A DNA stretch of 64,000 nucleotides. Origin: a virus. The DNA is taken from positions 70,397 to 134,396 of IMG/VR virus record IMGVR_UViG_3300033146_003479; one strand, 5' to 3'. Below are positions 29,819-38,888 of the stretch, one piece after another. Under the pieces are notes generated by a model. It was not told where the DNA came from and did not search any database. It was given only the letters and a program-made list of their open reading frames with translations. The position numbers and the translations under genes were made by a program. Each line of letters opens with the position of its first letter. Positions within the stretch are counted from its first letter, which is position 1.

Positions 29819-32581
29819 TTACCAATTCGAAATTCCTAATCCCGTCAATAAAGAACTACTTTGAGTGTTAGATGCATATGTGATTCGAACAAACATAGTT
29901 CTATTAATTCCACTATCACTTGAATATGTTCCAAGAGTAAACTCAACAGAACCATCGATACTAGGAGAATGAGATGTTGAATTAATTCTACAACCTTCTT
30001 CTGAATCTATTTCATAACAAGTCCATGTTATACCACCATCAACAGTTGTTCCACCAACAGTTGTTCCCCAAACTGGTTCGGTTGCTCCTGAACTACCTGA
30101 ATCAACAGTAACTTTGTACTTATATCCGTTAGAAACTGTAGGTACAGCCCAATCGCCAATAGAATAATCAGTACTTAATGACCAAACATCATCTACAAAT
30201 TTCACATTATCTTCAAATGTACTTAGAGTGTATGGTGAATTCAATGAAATCCAATCCGTTTTTGTAGGAACTTTGATGTCAATTTTAACGTTACCTGAAC
30301 TTAAATCCACATCAGTAATTCCCGGTAAGTCAATGATTCCATTTGAATTATCAATTGTTCCTTGAAAAATTCTATGATAATCGTAATCAGTTCCTGCGGC
30401 TAATCCTGAATAATCAGGTCCTACAGGCAAACGACCTGATGAATAATCAACACTTGGATGAGCAAGTCCTCTAGTAGTTGCTCCACTTTCATCATAAACT
30501 TGAAGTTCATTTGCAAGAGTTGATAGAGAAGTAGTTCCAGTCCAATTTCCGGTTAATGATCCGGGAACAACATCGAAGTTGGTAGTTCTTGGGAATCTAT
30601 AGTTTTCATCGACGAAATATTCATACGTGGTATCAGATAAATTCGGAATGCTCATAATGGATATGTTTTGATTCGCAGTGATATCTGAAATATAAGTTCC
30701 ATATGGGTCTTGTGGAGTGGCTGTAACTCGTACGTTATTTTCTTCTTGATTAGCGAGAACTGTAAATGTATATGCGGCAATAGTCATTGTGTCGCCAATA
30801 GTTGGAGGAGTAGTAACTCCTGAAACAGAAGGATCACTGTAAACTATTCCAGTGGATGCTACTCCTGGGAAACCACTTACCACAACAGGAGCATTAGATG
30901 AATGATATACGTTATTAAATCCATTACTAACAATCGTTCCATAATTGAAAGTTGCTCCTGTATCATAATAAGGTACACCAGATAAGTGTTTTACTACAGG
31001 AACATCTTCAGTTAATGTTGAAGAAGCAACACTAGGATCAGCACCCACATCAGTATCTAAAAATAATTCATATGTAGATGAAGTGTCTGCTCCTCTTGTC
31101 ATATATAGCGAGTTGTATCCTTGTCGGAATAAGGCAGAGTTAGAAACATTAACAGTTGCACTACCTTTTTGATAAACATTGGCTTCAATGTTTTGTGTCC
31201 AATTGACAGTGTTTAGAGTTAAGTTTCCGTTACCTATTCCTGCGTTAGTAAATGGAACGATACCGTTTGTTACTGGGTCACCAGTTCCTGCTAAATCATA
31301 ATCGGCTAAAATTTGTGACCCTCCTCGATTAGTCTCATTAAAATTTATCGCTAAATCCAATGCCCCTATGCTTCCTCCATTAAACATTACATTTAATTGG
31401 TCTATGCTAGCATTATTAAAAGAAGTTGTTGTAGTACTAAAAGTATTTGATGTAGGAATGTCGGTTGAACGAGATATATAATTTAATAGATCGCCAGCAC
31501 TAGTTGATCCATAATTAATATTTCCTTGAGATATTCTACCAGAAAATCTAGTGATAGTATTTTCAATTTCTATAGCATTTGGGGCTTCTGGAGCATGCAA
31601 ATAGGCTGTTGAGTCATCGATGAAGACGGTATCAGATGTTCCCGGACAAACCAGAATTCTATTGATGTTTGCTCCTAATGGAGTCTCATCTGCTTCTCCA
31701 ACAAAAAGGTTGAAATTTGAGGTCTCAACCCAATCGGTTCCATTGAAAGTAAATGTTACATCAGCATACTGTGTGCCTTCTTTTACTAGAAGTCTATCTC
31801 CATCTTGAGGACTTCCATCACTATCTTGACCATCTTCAATTAATGTCCAAGTTAATCCTACATTATCCCAAATATATTTTCTATCATTTTCAAGTCCTAT
31901 TGTTAATGCTGTGAAAAGAACTATGTCGCCAGACACTAAAGTCACACCATCAATTACTGGATCAGCAGACCATCCAGTTAACACTGTAGAAGAAGTATCT
32001 AATACTCTAACTGGTTGTCTCCAACTATCATCGCTAGTTCCACCTGAAGTATTTTCATCTGCCAACATGTCTCCGATATATCTATATGCAGTTAACGTCA
32101 GTGGAGTTGACCATCCCATATCAGTTGGAGTATTACCTTCATTGAATCTTAATATACCATTATGATAATCCATTTGATATGATCCGGTAGTTAAATCGAG
32201 AACTGTTCCACCACTATCCTTCAATATGAATCCATACCCATTTCCATATTTTTGAGGAGTTAGAAAGTGTTGAAGTCGCAATGATGTGGTATTGCCAGGA
32301 GTAGCAAAGGCAGAATATCCTTGAGCGTTACTTGCAGGTAATTCATCAATCTGATAGTCGGTGAGTTTTGATATCAAAGTGGGATTAGCGGAAACATTTG
32401 CATCTGCGGCTGTTGGGTTGGAAGCCGTAGGTATAGTGTTTGCAAAAATATCAGTTTTGTCTAATTGTGGACTCCACTTAAACATTTCTTCGAAATAATT
32501 TTTATCATTCGTTGTACTGAGTACGCCCAATGACATCTTATTGGTGACATCTTGAATTGTGGTGCTATTTAATTTAGCCAT
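29819..32581 (-). CDS. fibre-like structural protein A1 (paralogue of 38889-41648)
   Basis: MAKL N-domain; CBM-like module near C-terminus; colinear similarity to A2. Confidence 0.75.
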   Translation of the reverse strand: MAKLNSTTIQDVTNKMSLGVLSTTNDKNYFEEMFKWSPQLDKTDIFANTIPTASNPTAADANVSANPTLISKLTDYQIDELPASNAQGYSAFATPGNTTSLRLQHFLTPQKYGNGYGFILKDSGGTVLDLTTGSYQMDYHNGILRFNEGNTPTDMGWSTPLTLTAYRYIGDMLADENTSGGTSDDSWRQPVRVLDTSSTVLTGWSADPVIDGVTLVSGDIVLFTALTIGLENDRKYIWDNVGLTWTLIEDGQDSDGSPQDGDRLLVKEGTQYADVTFTFNGTDWVETSNFNLFVGEADETPLGANINRILVCPGTSDTVFIDDSTAYLHAPEAPNAIEIENTITRFSGRISQGNINYGSTSAGDLLNYISRSTDIPTSNTFSTTTTSFNNASIDQLNVMFNGGSIGALDLAINFNETNRGGSQILADYDLAGTGDPVTNGIVPFTNAGIGNGNLTLNTVNWTQNIEANVYQKGSATVNVSNSALFRQGYNSLYMTRGADTSSTYELFLDTDVGADPSVASSTLTEDVPVVKHLSGVPYYDTGATFNYGTIVSNGFNNVYHSSNAPVVVSGFPGVASTGIVYSDPSVSGVTTPPTIGDTMTIAAYTFTVLANQEENNVRVTATPQDPYGTYISDITANQNISIMSIPNLSDTTYEYFVDENYRFPRTTNFDVVPGSLTGNWTGTTSLSTLANELQVYDESGATTRGLAHPSVDYSSGRLPVGPDYSGLAAGTDYDYHRIFQGTIDNSNGIIDLPGITDVDLSSGNVKIDIKVPTKTDWISLNSPYTLSTFEDNVKFVDDVWSLSTDYSIGDWAVPTVSNGYKYKVTVDSGSSGATEPVWGTTVGGTTVDGGITWTCYEIDSEEGCRINSTSHSPSIDGSVEFTLGTYSSDSGINRTMFVRITYASNTQSSSLLTGLGISNW

Positions 32582-32591
32582 ATTTTTCTCC

Positions 32592-34511
32592 TTACCAATT
32601 TATTGAAAATTCATCAGTAATAACTCTAGGAATAGAATTATTAGCATAAACTATTTTCACGAAAAGATTACGATTAACCGAACTATCACTTGCAAATAAT
32701 CCCAATGTGAATTCTATCGAATTGTCTAATGCAATAGAATGAACGGTAGGATTAATTCTACATCCTTCTTTTGAATCTATTCCATAACAAGTCCATGTTA
32801 TTCCACCATCAACAGTTGTTCCTCCAATAGTTGTTCCCCAAGTAGGTTCAGTTCCCGCTGAACTCCCAGAATCAGAAGAAACTTTATATTTATATCCATT
32901 AGCAACTGTAGGTACTACCCAATCATCCATAGCGAAATTCGTAATTGCTGTCCAGGTGGTATTAACAAATCGAACATTTTCATTGAAAGTTGAGAAAACA
33001 TAAGATGATGATATGTCGATCCAATCAGTTTTGCTAGGCACTTTTAGAAATATATTCACATTCGAGCCTAAGTCTGCATCGGTGATACCATTAATTGTGA
33101 GGATACCATTGCTATTGTCTGATGATCCTTGAAATATCCGCACATACTCTTTATCTGTCCCTCCACTTAATGTGGAGTAATCTGGATTATTTATAGGTAA
33201 ATCATTAGAGAAATCATCGTGAGGATGAATTAGACATTGTGTAGTAGCATCATATGTTGAATATACTTGGAGATCATTGCTTCCTAAATTCAATGTTGAG
33301 TCCCAATTACCAGTTATTGATGATGGAGAAACATTGAAATTGTAATTTAATGGAAATCGATAAACTTCATCTACAAAACTTTCACTTGTAGTAGTAGAAG
33401 CATTAGGAATAGACATTATCATTATATTATTCGATGGAGTTTGAGCAGTTGAATAGTTGGCATATGGATCTCTAGGAGTAATAGTTAATCTAGCATTATC
33501 AGTTTCTTGATTAGCAATTAAAGTGTATTCTTTATTTGATATATTCATAATATCATTAATTGTTGGAGGAGTTGATGTTCCTGATGCAGAACTGTCGGTG
33601 TATGCTATTGTATCAGATATTCCCCAATCTGATGATATGACTATAGGAGCATTACTCTGATGATAAACATGATCGAAGGCATTATTAACTGTGACATCGA
33701 AATTAAAAGTAGTTCCGGTATAACAATATTCAACTCCCGAAATATGTTTACCGACTACTGTATCTAAAACTAATTGAGAATTCGTTGCAGAAGGAGATAA
33801 GCCAACATCTGTATCGTAAAATAATTTAAATGTGTTATTTGAATGAAAGTTGTGTGATGTATCAATATGATTATATCCTTGTCGCATTGCTGTCGAATTA
33901 ATGGAAATCTGAAACGATCCGGCTTGATAGTTATCAGAGGTCATAGTTCCGGTACATTGGATGCTGTTTAATTGAAGAAATCCGCCTGAAAAAAGCACTC
34001 TACCATTAGTAACAACATCTCCGGTACCTTGATTATTATATTCCGCAAGGTTCTGAGAACCACTCCTATTACTTTCATTGAAATTTGCTCCTAAATCTAT
34101 ATTAGCAACTGCAATATTATTAATTAATACAATCAGATTGCCAATGCTTGCGTTATTAAATTCACTTTCACTTAGAGTAAATGAAACATCTGTGGTTATA
34201 TAATTATGAACTGCTCCTGCAATAGTTTCATAATTTATATTATTTTGACTTTCTCTTCCTGTAAATAATGTGGTTCCCGACATTGTCAGATTTCCGCCCA
34301 ATGGGCTTGGTGGTGGAGTACCATTAATATAAGCGATACCATCAATGATAGTAACCGTCTCTCCTCCTACTCCAGATTGACCGTTAAATACTATACCCGA
34401 CACAGTTTCCATAGGAGATCCATCGGCTTCACTAACGACAAGTCCTCCTCCACTCCCACTTTTTTTCGTAGAAGAATATCTTGGAGATGATGTGTTGAAT
34501 TGAGTTCCCAT
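32592..34511 (-). CDS. fibre-like structural protein B1 (paralogue of the C-terminal two thirds of 41978-44650)
   Basis: GGGLVVSEADGSP module and C-terminal domains shared with B2, A1, A2. Confidence 0.75.
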   Translation of the reverse strand: MGTQFNTSSPRYSSTKKSGSGGGLVVSEADGSPMETVSGIVFNGQSGVGGETVTIIDGIAYINGTPPPSPLGGNLTMSGTTLFTGRESQNNINYETIAGAVHNYITTDVSFTLSESEFNNASIGNLIVLINNIAVANIDLGANFNESNRSGSQNLAEYNNQGTGDVVTNGRVLFSGGFLQLNSIQCTGTMTSDNYQAGSFQISINSTAMRQGYNHIDTSHNFHSNNTFKLFYDTDVGLSPSATNSQLVLDTVVGKHISGVEYCYTGTTFNFDVTVNNAFDHVYHQSNAPIVISSDWGISDTIAYTDSSASGTSTPPTINDIMNISNKEYTLIANQETDNARLTITPRDPYANYSTAQTPSNNIMIMSIPNASTTTSESFVDEVYRFPLNYNFNVSPSSITGNWDSTLNLGSNDLQVYSTYDATTQCLIHPHDDFSNDLPINNPDYSTLSGGTDKEYVRIFQGSSDNSNGILTINGITDADLGSNVNIFLKVPSKTDWIDISSSYVFSTFNENVRFVNTTWTAITNFAMDDWVVPTVANGYKYKVSSDSGSSAGTEPTWGTTIGGTTVDGGITWTCYGIDSKEGCRINPTVHSIALDNSIEFTLGLFASDSSVNRNLFVKIVYANNSIPRVITDEFSINW

Positions 34512-34512
34512 A

Positions 34513-35556
34513 TTATCTTCTCTTACCTATAGAATTCTCATCAATATCTAAAACTAGTGTGCCTCCAGTTTCTTCTTGATTATTCGTAATCGTTAGTTTG
34601 ACAAATCTGGTATTTGCAGGAACATTTAGAGGTATAACAGGAGACATTGCTCCATCAATTAACAGTTCTCTAGGTTCAAATTCACTAACATTGCCAGTAA
34701 CAGTTTCGACAGTGTCTGAATAGTATTCATAATTATTTTTATCTAACTTATCGTCTTTAGAAAACCATTTAGCAACTTTATCATCATAGAAGAATCCATA
34801 GTATTCGGGAAGTATGTTGACTTGAGTATTATTAGGATAATCCCAATTCGCATAAATCATAATATTTTCAGTTCTAATTCCTCGAACTTCAAAAAATACA
34901 TCATAAATATCAATTGTACCGCTTCCAGATTTTTGAGATTGAATGATTTGAACAACTTCATTCCAAGTCCACTCAGTAGTGAAAGACGTGGGAAAAGAAT
35001 CGAAGGCTATCCCATGAGTACTAGGATCAGTCACATTAAAATCAGCAATCTGAATAGTTTGAGTGGCGATATCAATATTGATAATTTTACGATAAGTTAA
35101 GTTATCAATAGTTTCAGGAATTGGAGCATAATTGATATAATTTCCAACAGAAATATCTTGAATATCTACATTATCATCATATTCTAACATTATTGGGAAA
35201 ACACCGTCAGCAGAAATTCGTCTTATTTGTCCTTGAGTTGCTGAATGGAATTCGACATTTTCGATTGGAAAAGCATTCCAATGTTCAGAATCATTTAGTT
35301 GCAATGTGAAGGTATCTCCAACTCCCACAGGAGCAAGAACCTCTCTCCCTTTACATTGAGGAGCAATATGTCTACCTGAATAAATAAAATCTCCAGAGGA
35401 TATAGATGTGCTGTCTCCACCTTCCACTTCTAATATGACAGGAGTCACATCATCAGCAGTTATTCTTTTAATTCTAGGAATTAATCCTTTGGATGGTCGT
35501 TGAATTCGTGTGCCATCCTTTGGGAATCGAATTGTATTTTTTGTCTTTATTTGCAT
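34513..35556 (-). CDS. hypothetical virion protein
   Basis: GGAGG SD before ATG 35556; late promoter at 35593-35600 (minus strand). Confidence 0.6.
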   Translation of the reverse strand: MQIKTKNTIRFPKDGTRIQRPSKGLIPRIKRITADDVTPVILEVEGGDSTSISSGDFIYSGRHIAPQCKGREVLAPVGVGDTFTLQLNDSEHWNAFPIENVEFHSATQGQIRRISADGVFPIMLEYDDNVDIQDISVGNYINYAPIPETIDNLTYRKIINIDIATQTIQIADFNVTDPSTHGIAFDSFPTSFTTEWTWNEVVQIIQSQKSGSGTIDIYDVFFEVRGIRTENIMIYANWDYPNNTQVNILPEYYGFFYDDKVAKWFSKDDKLDKNNYEYYSDTVETVTGNVSEFEPRELLIDGAMSPVIPLNVPANTRFVKLTITNNQEETGGTLVLDIDENSIGKRR

Positions 35557-35569
35557 AGCAACCTCCGTA

Positions 35570-35605
35570 AAAATCATAAATAGTTATAATGTTATTTATG
35601 ATTTT
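35570..35605. promoter_or_regulatory. palindromic face-to-face pair of late promoters (CATAAATA on both strands)
   Basis: AAAATCATAAATA (35570-35582) and TATTTATGATTTT (35593-35605), perfect 13 bp IR with 10 nt spacer. Confidence 0.7.
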
Positions 35606-35620
35606 AGGTGGAAAAATATA

Positions 35621-36331
35621 ATGTCATTTAATTGGTATAAACATAGAGATACACAAAAGACCTATCGTGGATTAAACTCAGAAGTTATTGAATTATTTGG
35701 AATTCCAATTCGTTATATGCCTAAAACAACTTCTGAGAAATCAGAATTTGGAAATGATCCCAATAATAATAGCGGATTTGGCATTGACTCTCCAATGAAA
35801 AGTAATACTGAATGGAATCAATTATATGGTGAGGATCCGTTAATAGCATATAATAATGCTATTAGAATGAAGGGTATGTTAGAGAATTATGATTTCTATG
35901 AGGGAACACATCAAATATTCAATAAATTTGGATTTTCAATGTCGGATGAGATAACATTAACATTTGAAATTGAAACCTTTAGGAATATTATGGATATGAA
36001 TTCCATTCCATATAATCGACCAGAAGAAGGTGACTTAATTGCATTTGAGTTAGCAGAAGCCAAAAATAATAAATTTCAATTATTCGAAATTAATTACGTT
36101 AATGAGTCCTTTTCATATTTTTCTTTTGGACAACTTTCGATATTTAAAGTTCGATGTAAAGTGTTTCAATATTCTATGGAAAAAATTGAAACTGGAGAGG
36201 AGAAGATTGATCAAATCAAAAATATTAATCCAGCAACTATGATTGGAGATAACGATATGATCGAGAAAGAATCCAATAAAGTGACGAATTATCATCCTAA
36301 TGATCCATTTAAAGATATATTTGATGATTAA
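35621..36331 (+). CDS. gp14: neck/head-closure protein, T4 gp14-like
   Basis: LYGED, KFGF..DEIT, RPEEGDLI, LFEINYV, FGQL, EKIETGEEKID patterns. Confidence 0.85.
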   Translation: MSFNWYKHRDTQKTYRGLNSEVIELFGIPIRYMPKTTSEKSEFGNDPNNNSGFGIDSPMKSNTEWNQLYGEDPLIAYNNAIRMKGMLENYDFYEGTHQIFNKFGFSMSDEITLTFEIETFRNIMDMNSIPYNRPEEGDLIAFELAEAKNNKFQLFEINYVNESFSYFSFGQLSIFKVRCKVFQYSMEKIETGEEKIDQIKNINPATMIGDNDMIEKESNKVTNYHPNDPFKDIFDD

Positions 36332-36357
36332 TTGAGAACTCCGAAGAGTTCTCAATT
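36330..36357. terminator. bidirectional terminator, 12 bp perfect stem, C(UUCG)G loop on minus strand
   Basis: AATTGAGAACTC-CGAA-GAGTTCTCAATT between convergent genes. Confidence 0.8.
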
Positions 36358-36364
36358 GAAGAAG

Positions 36365-37954
36365 TTAAATTAGATGTCTAGTAACTCTAACTGTAGTGTA
36401 ATTATTTGTTGACGCCGTTCCTCTTAATCTAACAATGTTAGTATCTATATCTACCAAAAAAGAAAAATCAGAAGTATCTCCTATGTCTGATGTGGATGTC
36501 TCGAAAAATTCAACAGCATTGGTGGAACTATTGATTGCTGTCATAATAGTTCCGGCTCTTCGATTGTTTCCATATCCAACAACATAATCCCATCTTACAG
36601 CATCTGCAATAGTATCGCCAAAAGAATCAATTGTTTCGGTTGTTGCATTGATTGTAGTAGTATATGAATTTATAGTTCCATCAATATATGCGTTGCTCTG
36701 AACTTCTAACATATTGCTCACTAAAATATCTCCAGAGGAGTTGGTAATATGATTAGCAGTGGCGGTTCCGACTTTTACGACTCCATTGACTGCGAGTTGA
36801 TTAGAAGCAAATGTCAAATTTGTACTATCCTCAACATCTGATCCACTTTCAAACAAAATTCTACCAACATGATATGAATTAATCGTATCTGAAAGTCCTA
36901 GAAAATTCGATGTCGCATTGCTAACTGAAGTTTTTACCCAAGTTGTTCCATTAAATGTCCAACGTTGATCTTCACAGAGAGTTCCCTCTTCGATCCAAAC
37001 AGTATGCCCATCTTGAGGATCATCTGCTCCAGTTCCATCTTGTTCGACAACATATGATGAACCATCATATGAATATATTCTTCCATTGACAGCACCACTC
37101 TGACAAGCAACTACTAATACTCTATCTCCACTCACAATGGTCAATCCATCAACAGATGTCCCAAGAGCCGCTCCTGCATCATTAAATAATGCTCTAACTG
37201 GAGGACGATAAGATATGCCATTTTGAGTAATATTATCAACATAAGTTTTAATAGCCTTTTGAGTAGGTAAAATACTATCAGATGATCCTAAACTAGTATT
37301 AGTGCTGATAGTATATATCCACTCAGGACTAGTTCCGTTAGATGATAAAATTTGTCCACTTGTTCCAGAATCCAAAGAAGTTAATGCTGATGTTCCATTT
37401 CCAACTAATATATGTCCAGAAGCAACTGAAGTGAGTCCTGTTCCGCCTTGTGCTACAGGAACAGTTCCACTCACTCTACTAAACGGTAATGTCCCGCTAA
37501 TATGAGTAAATGTTAATGCTGTCCATGCAGGAGTTGTACCGTTGGATAGAAGAACTGTATTTGCTCCGCCAATCGAAAGTGTAGATAAAGAATTGGCTGA
37601 ATCTGAATATAAAATATCACCTGCTGTATATGAGGCAATACCTGTTCCACCTCTAGTTTCGATTAAAGTTCCTGTCCAAGTTAAAGTATGAGTTGTTCCT
37701 GATGATACTATGGTAACATTTGTATCATCTACGAACGTTTGGATGTCCACCGTAAGTCCGTTTAATCTTGATAATCCACCAGAAATCCCGATGTTTTCCC
37801 AATCTGCCCCGTCATTTGAAAGTTGCCAAGCATTAGTTGCAGAATTATATCTCAATCCTGGTTCATTGGTATCTCCATTGAATGCGAGAATATTAATATT
37901 CTCATTAGTTCCTCTACCGATTTTTAAGTCGGATTGTCTTGCTATAAAAGCCAT
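36365..37954 (-). CDS. fibre-like structural protein (GGTG repeats); C-domain shared with 37975-38814
   Basis: TRGGTG/AQGGTG motifs; TIDSF..RWDYV..RAG..SDIG.TSDFSF..RVTR domain. Confidence 0.7.
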   Translation of the reverse strand: MAFIARQSDLKIGRGTNENINILAFNGDTNEPGLRYNSATNAWQLSNDGADWENIGISGGLSRLNGLTVDIQTFVDDTNVTIVSSGTTHTLTWTGTLIETRGGTGIASYTAGDILYSDSANSLSTLSIGGANTVLLSNGTTPAWTALTFTHISGTLPFSRVSGTVPVAQGGTGLTSVASGHILVGNGTSALTSLDSGTSGQILSSNGTSPEWIYTISTNTSLGSSDSILPTQKAIKTYVDNITQNGISYRPPVRALFNDAGAALGTSVDGLTIVSGDRVLVVACQSGAVNGRIYSYDGSSYVVEQDGTGADDPQDGHTVWIEEGTLCEDQRWTFNGTTWVKTSVSNATSNFLGLSDTINSYHVGRILFESGSDVEDSTNLTFASNQLAVNGVVKVGTATANHITNSSGDILVSNMLEVQSNAYIDGTINSYTTTINATTETIDSFGDTIADAVRWDYVVGYGNNRRAGTIMTAINSSTNAVEFFETSTSDIGDTSDFSFLVDIDTNIVRLRGTASTNNYTTVRVTRHLI

Positions 37955-37974
37955 AGTTAATCTCCGTTAATGTA

Positions 37975-38814
37975 TTATAAAAAATTCCGTGTCACTCTAA
38001 TTGTCGAGTAATTGTTAGTGCAAGTTGCTCTTAATCTAATAACATTATTGTCATTGATTATCGAAAAAGAAAAATCACTTGTGGATCCGATATCTGAACT
38101 AGATGTTGTATATATTCTAACATCACTAGTTGCTTCATTCCAAACAGCATATATGTTACCTGCTCTAAAATCAGATCCTGTACTTATTACATAGTCCCAT
38201 CGAGCAGCCATAGCACTAGTGTCATCGAAACTATCTATTGTGATATTTGATTGATTATTTATACTAGTGCTTATTATATTGGAAGATGAACTAGCAGTGC
38301 TAATCATTTCTCCAACATATCTATATATTGTTATTGTTAAATTTGTCCAACTCATATTGCTCGGAGTACTTGCGGGATCAAATCTAATTATACCATTAGC
38401 GTAATCAATTTGATATTGTCCGAGTGTTAATGCTATTGGACTCCCATCGTTAAATATGGTTGCGGCATAACCATTTCCATATTTTTGTGGAGTTAAAAAG
38501 TTTTTTTGTCGTGTTGAATTGGTATCTCCAGGAGTTAAGAAAACTCCATATCCTTGACCATTACTTGAAGGTAACATATCTATAGAATAATTCGTAAGTT
38601 TTTCAATAATTGTAGGATTATTAGTAACATTTAAATCGGCAGATGTACTAGTTGATGCGAATGGAACATTTTCGCCAAAAATATCATTATGATCTAATTG
38701 AGGTCTCCAGGAGTATAATTCTTCAAAATAATTTTTATCGTTGGAGGTTGAAGAGACACTTAGTCCCTGCTTTCCAACATTATCTAAAACTGTAGTATTC
38801 GATAGTTTCGCCAT
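37975..38814 (-). CDS. short MAKL-family structural protein
   Basis: N-domain like 15888; C-domain like 36365. Confidence 0.75.
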   Translation of the reverse strand: MAKLSNTTVLDNVGKQGLSVSSTSNDKNYFEELYSWRPQLDHNDIFGENVPFASTSTSADLNVTNNPTIIEKLTNYSIDMLPSSNGQGYGVFLTPGDTNSTRQKNFLTPQKYGNGYAATIFNDGSPIALTLGQYQIDYANGIIRFDPASTPSNMSWTNLTITIYRYVGEMISTASSSSNIISTSINNQSNITIDSFDDTSAMAARWDYVISTGSDFRAGNIYAVWNEATSDVRIYTTSSSDIGSTSDFSFSIINDNNVIRLRATCTNNYSTIRVTRNFL

Positions 38815-38860
38815 AATTCATGTTCTCTAATAATTTATTATTAATTATTTATCATTTAAG

Positions 38861-38882
38861 TAGGTGAGATTTCTCTCACCTA
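38861..38882 (-). terminator. probable terminator hairpin (GAAA loop on minus strand)
   Basis: TAGGTGAGA-TTTC-TCTCACCTA directly after the stop of 38889-41648. Confidence 0.6.
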
Positions 38883-38888
38883 ATTATA

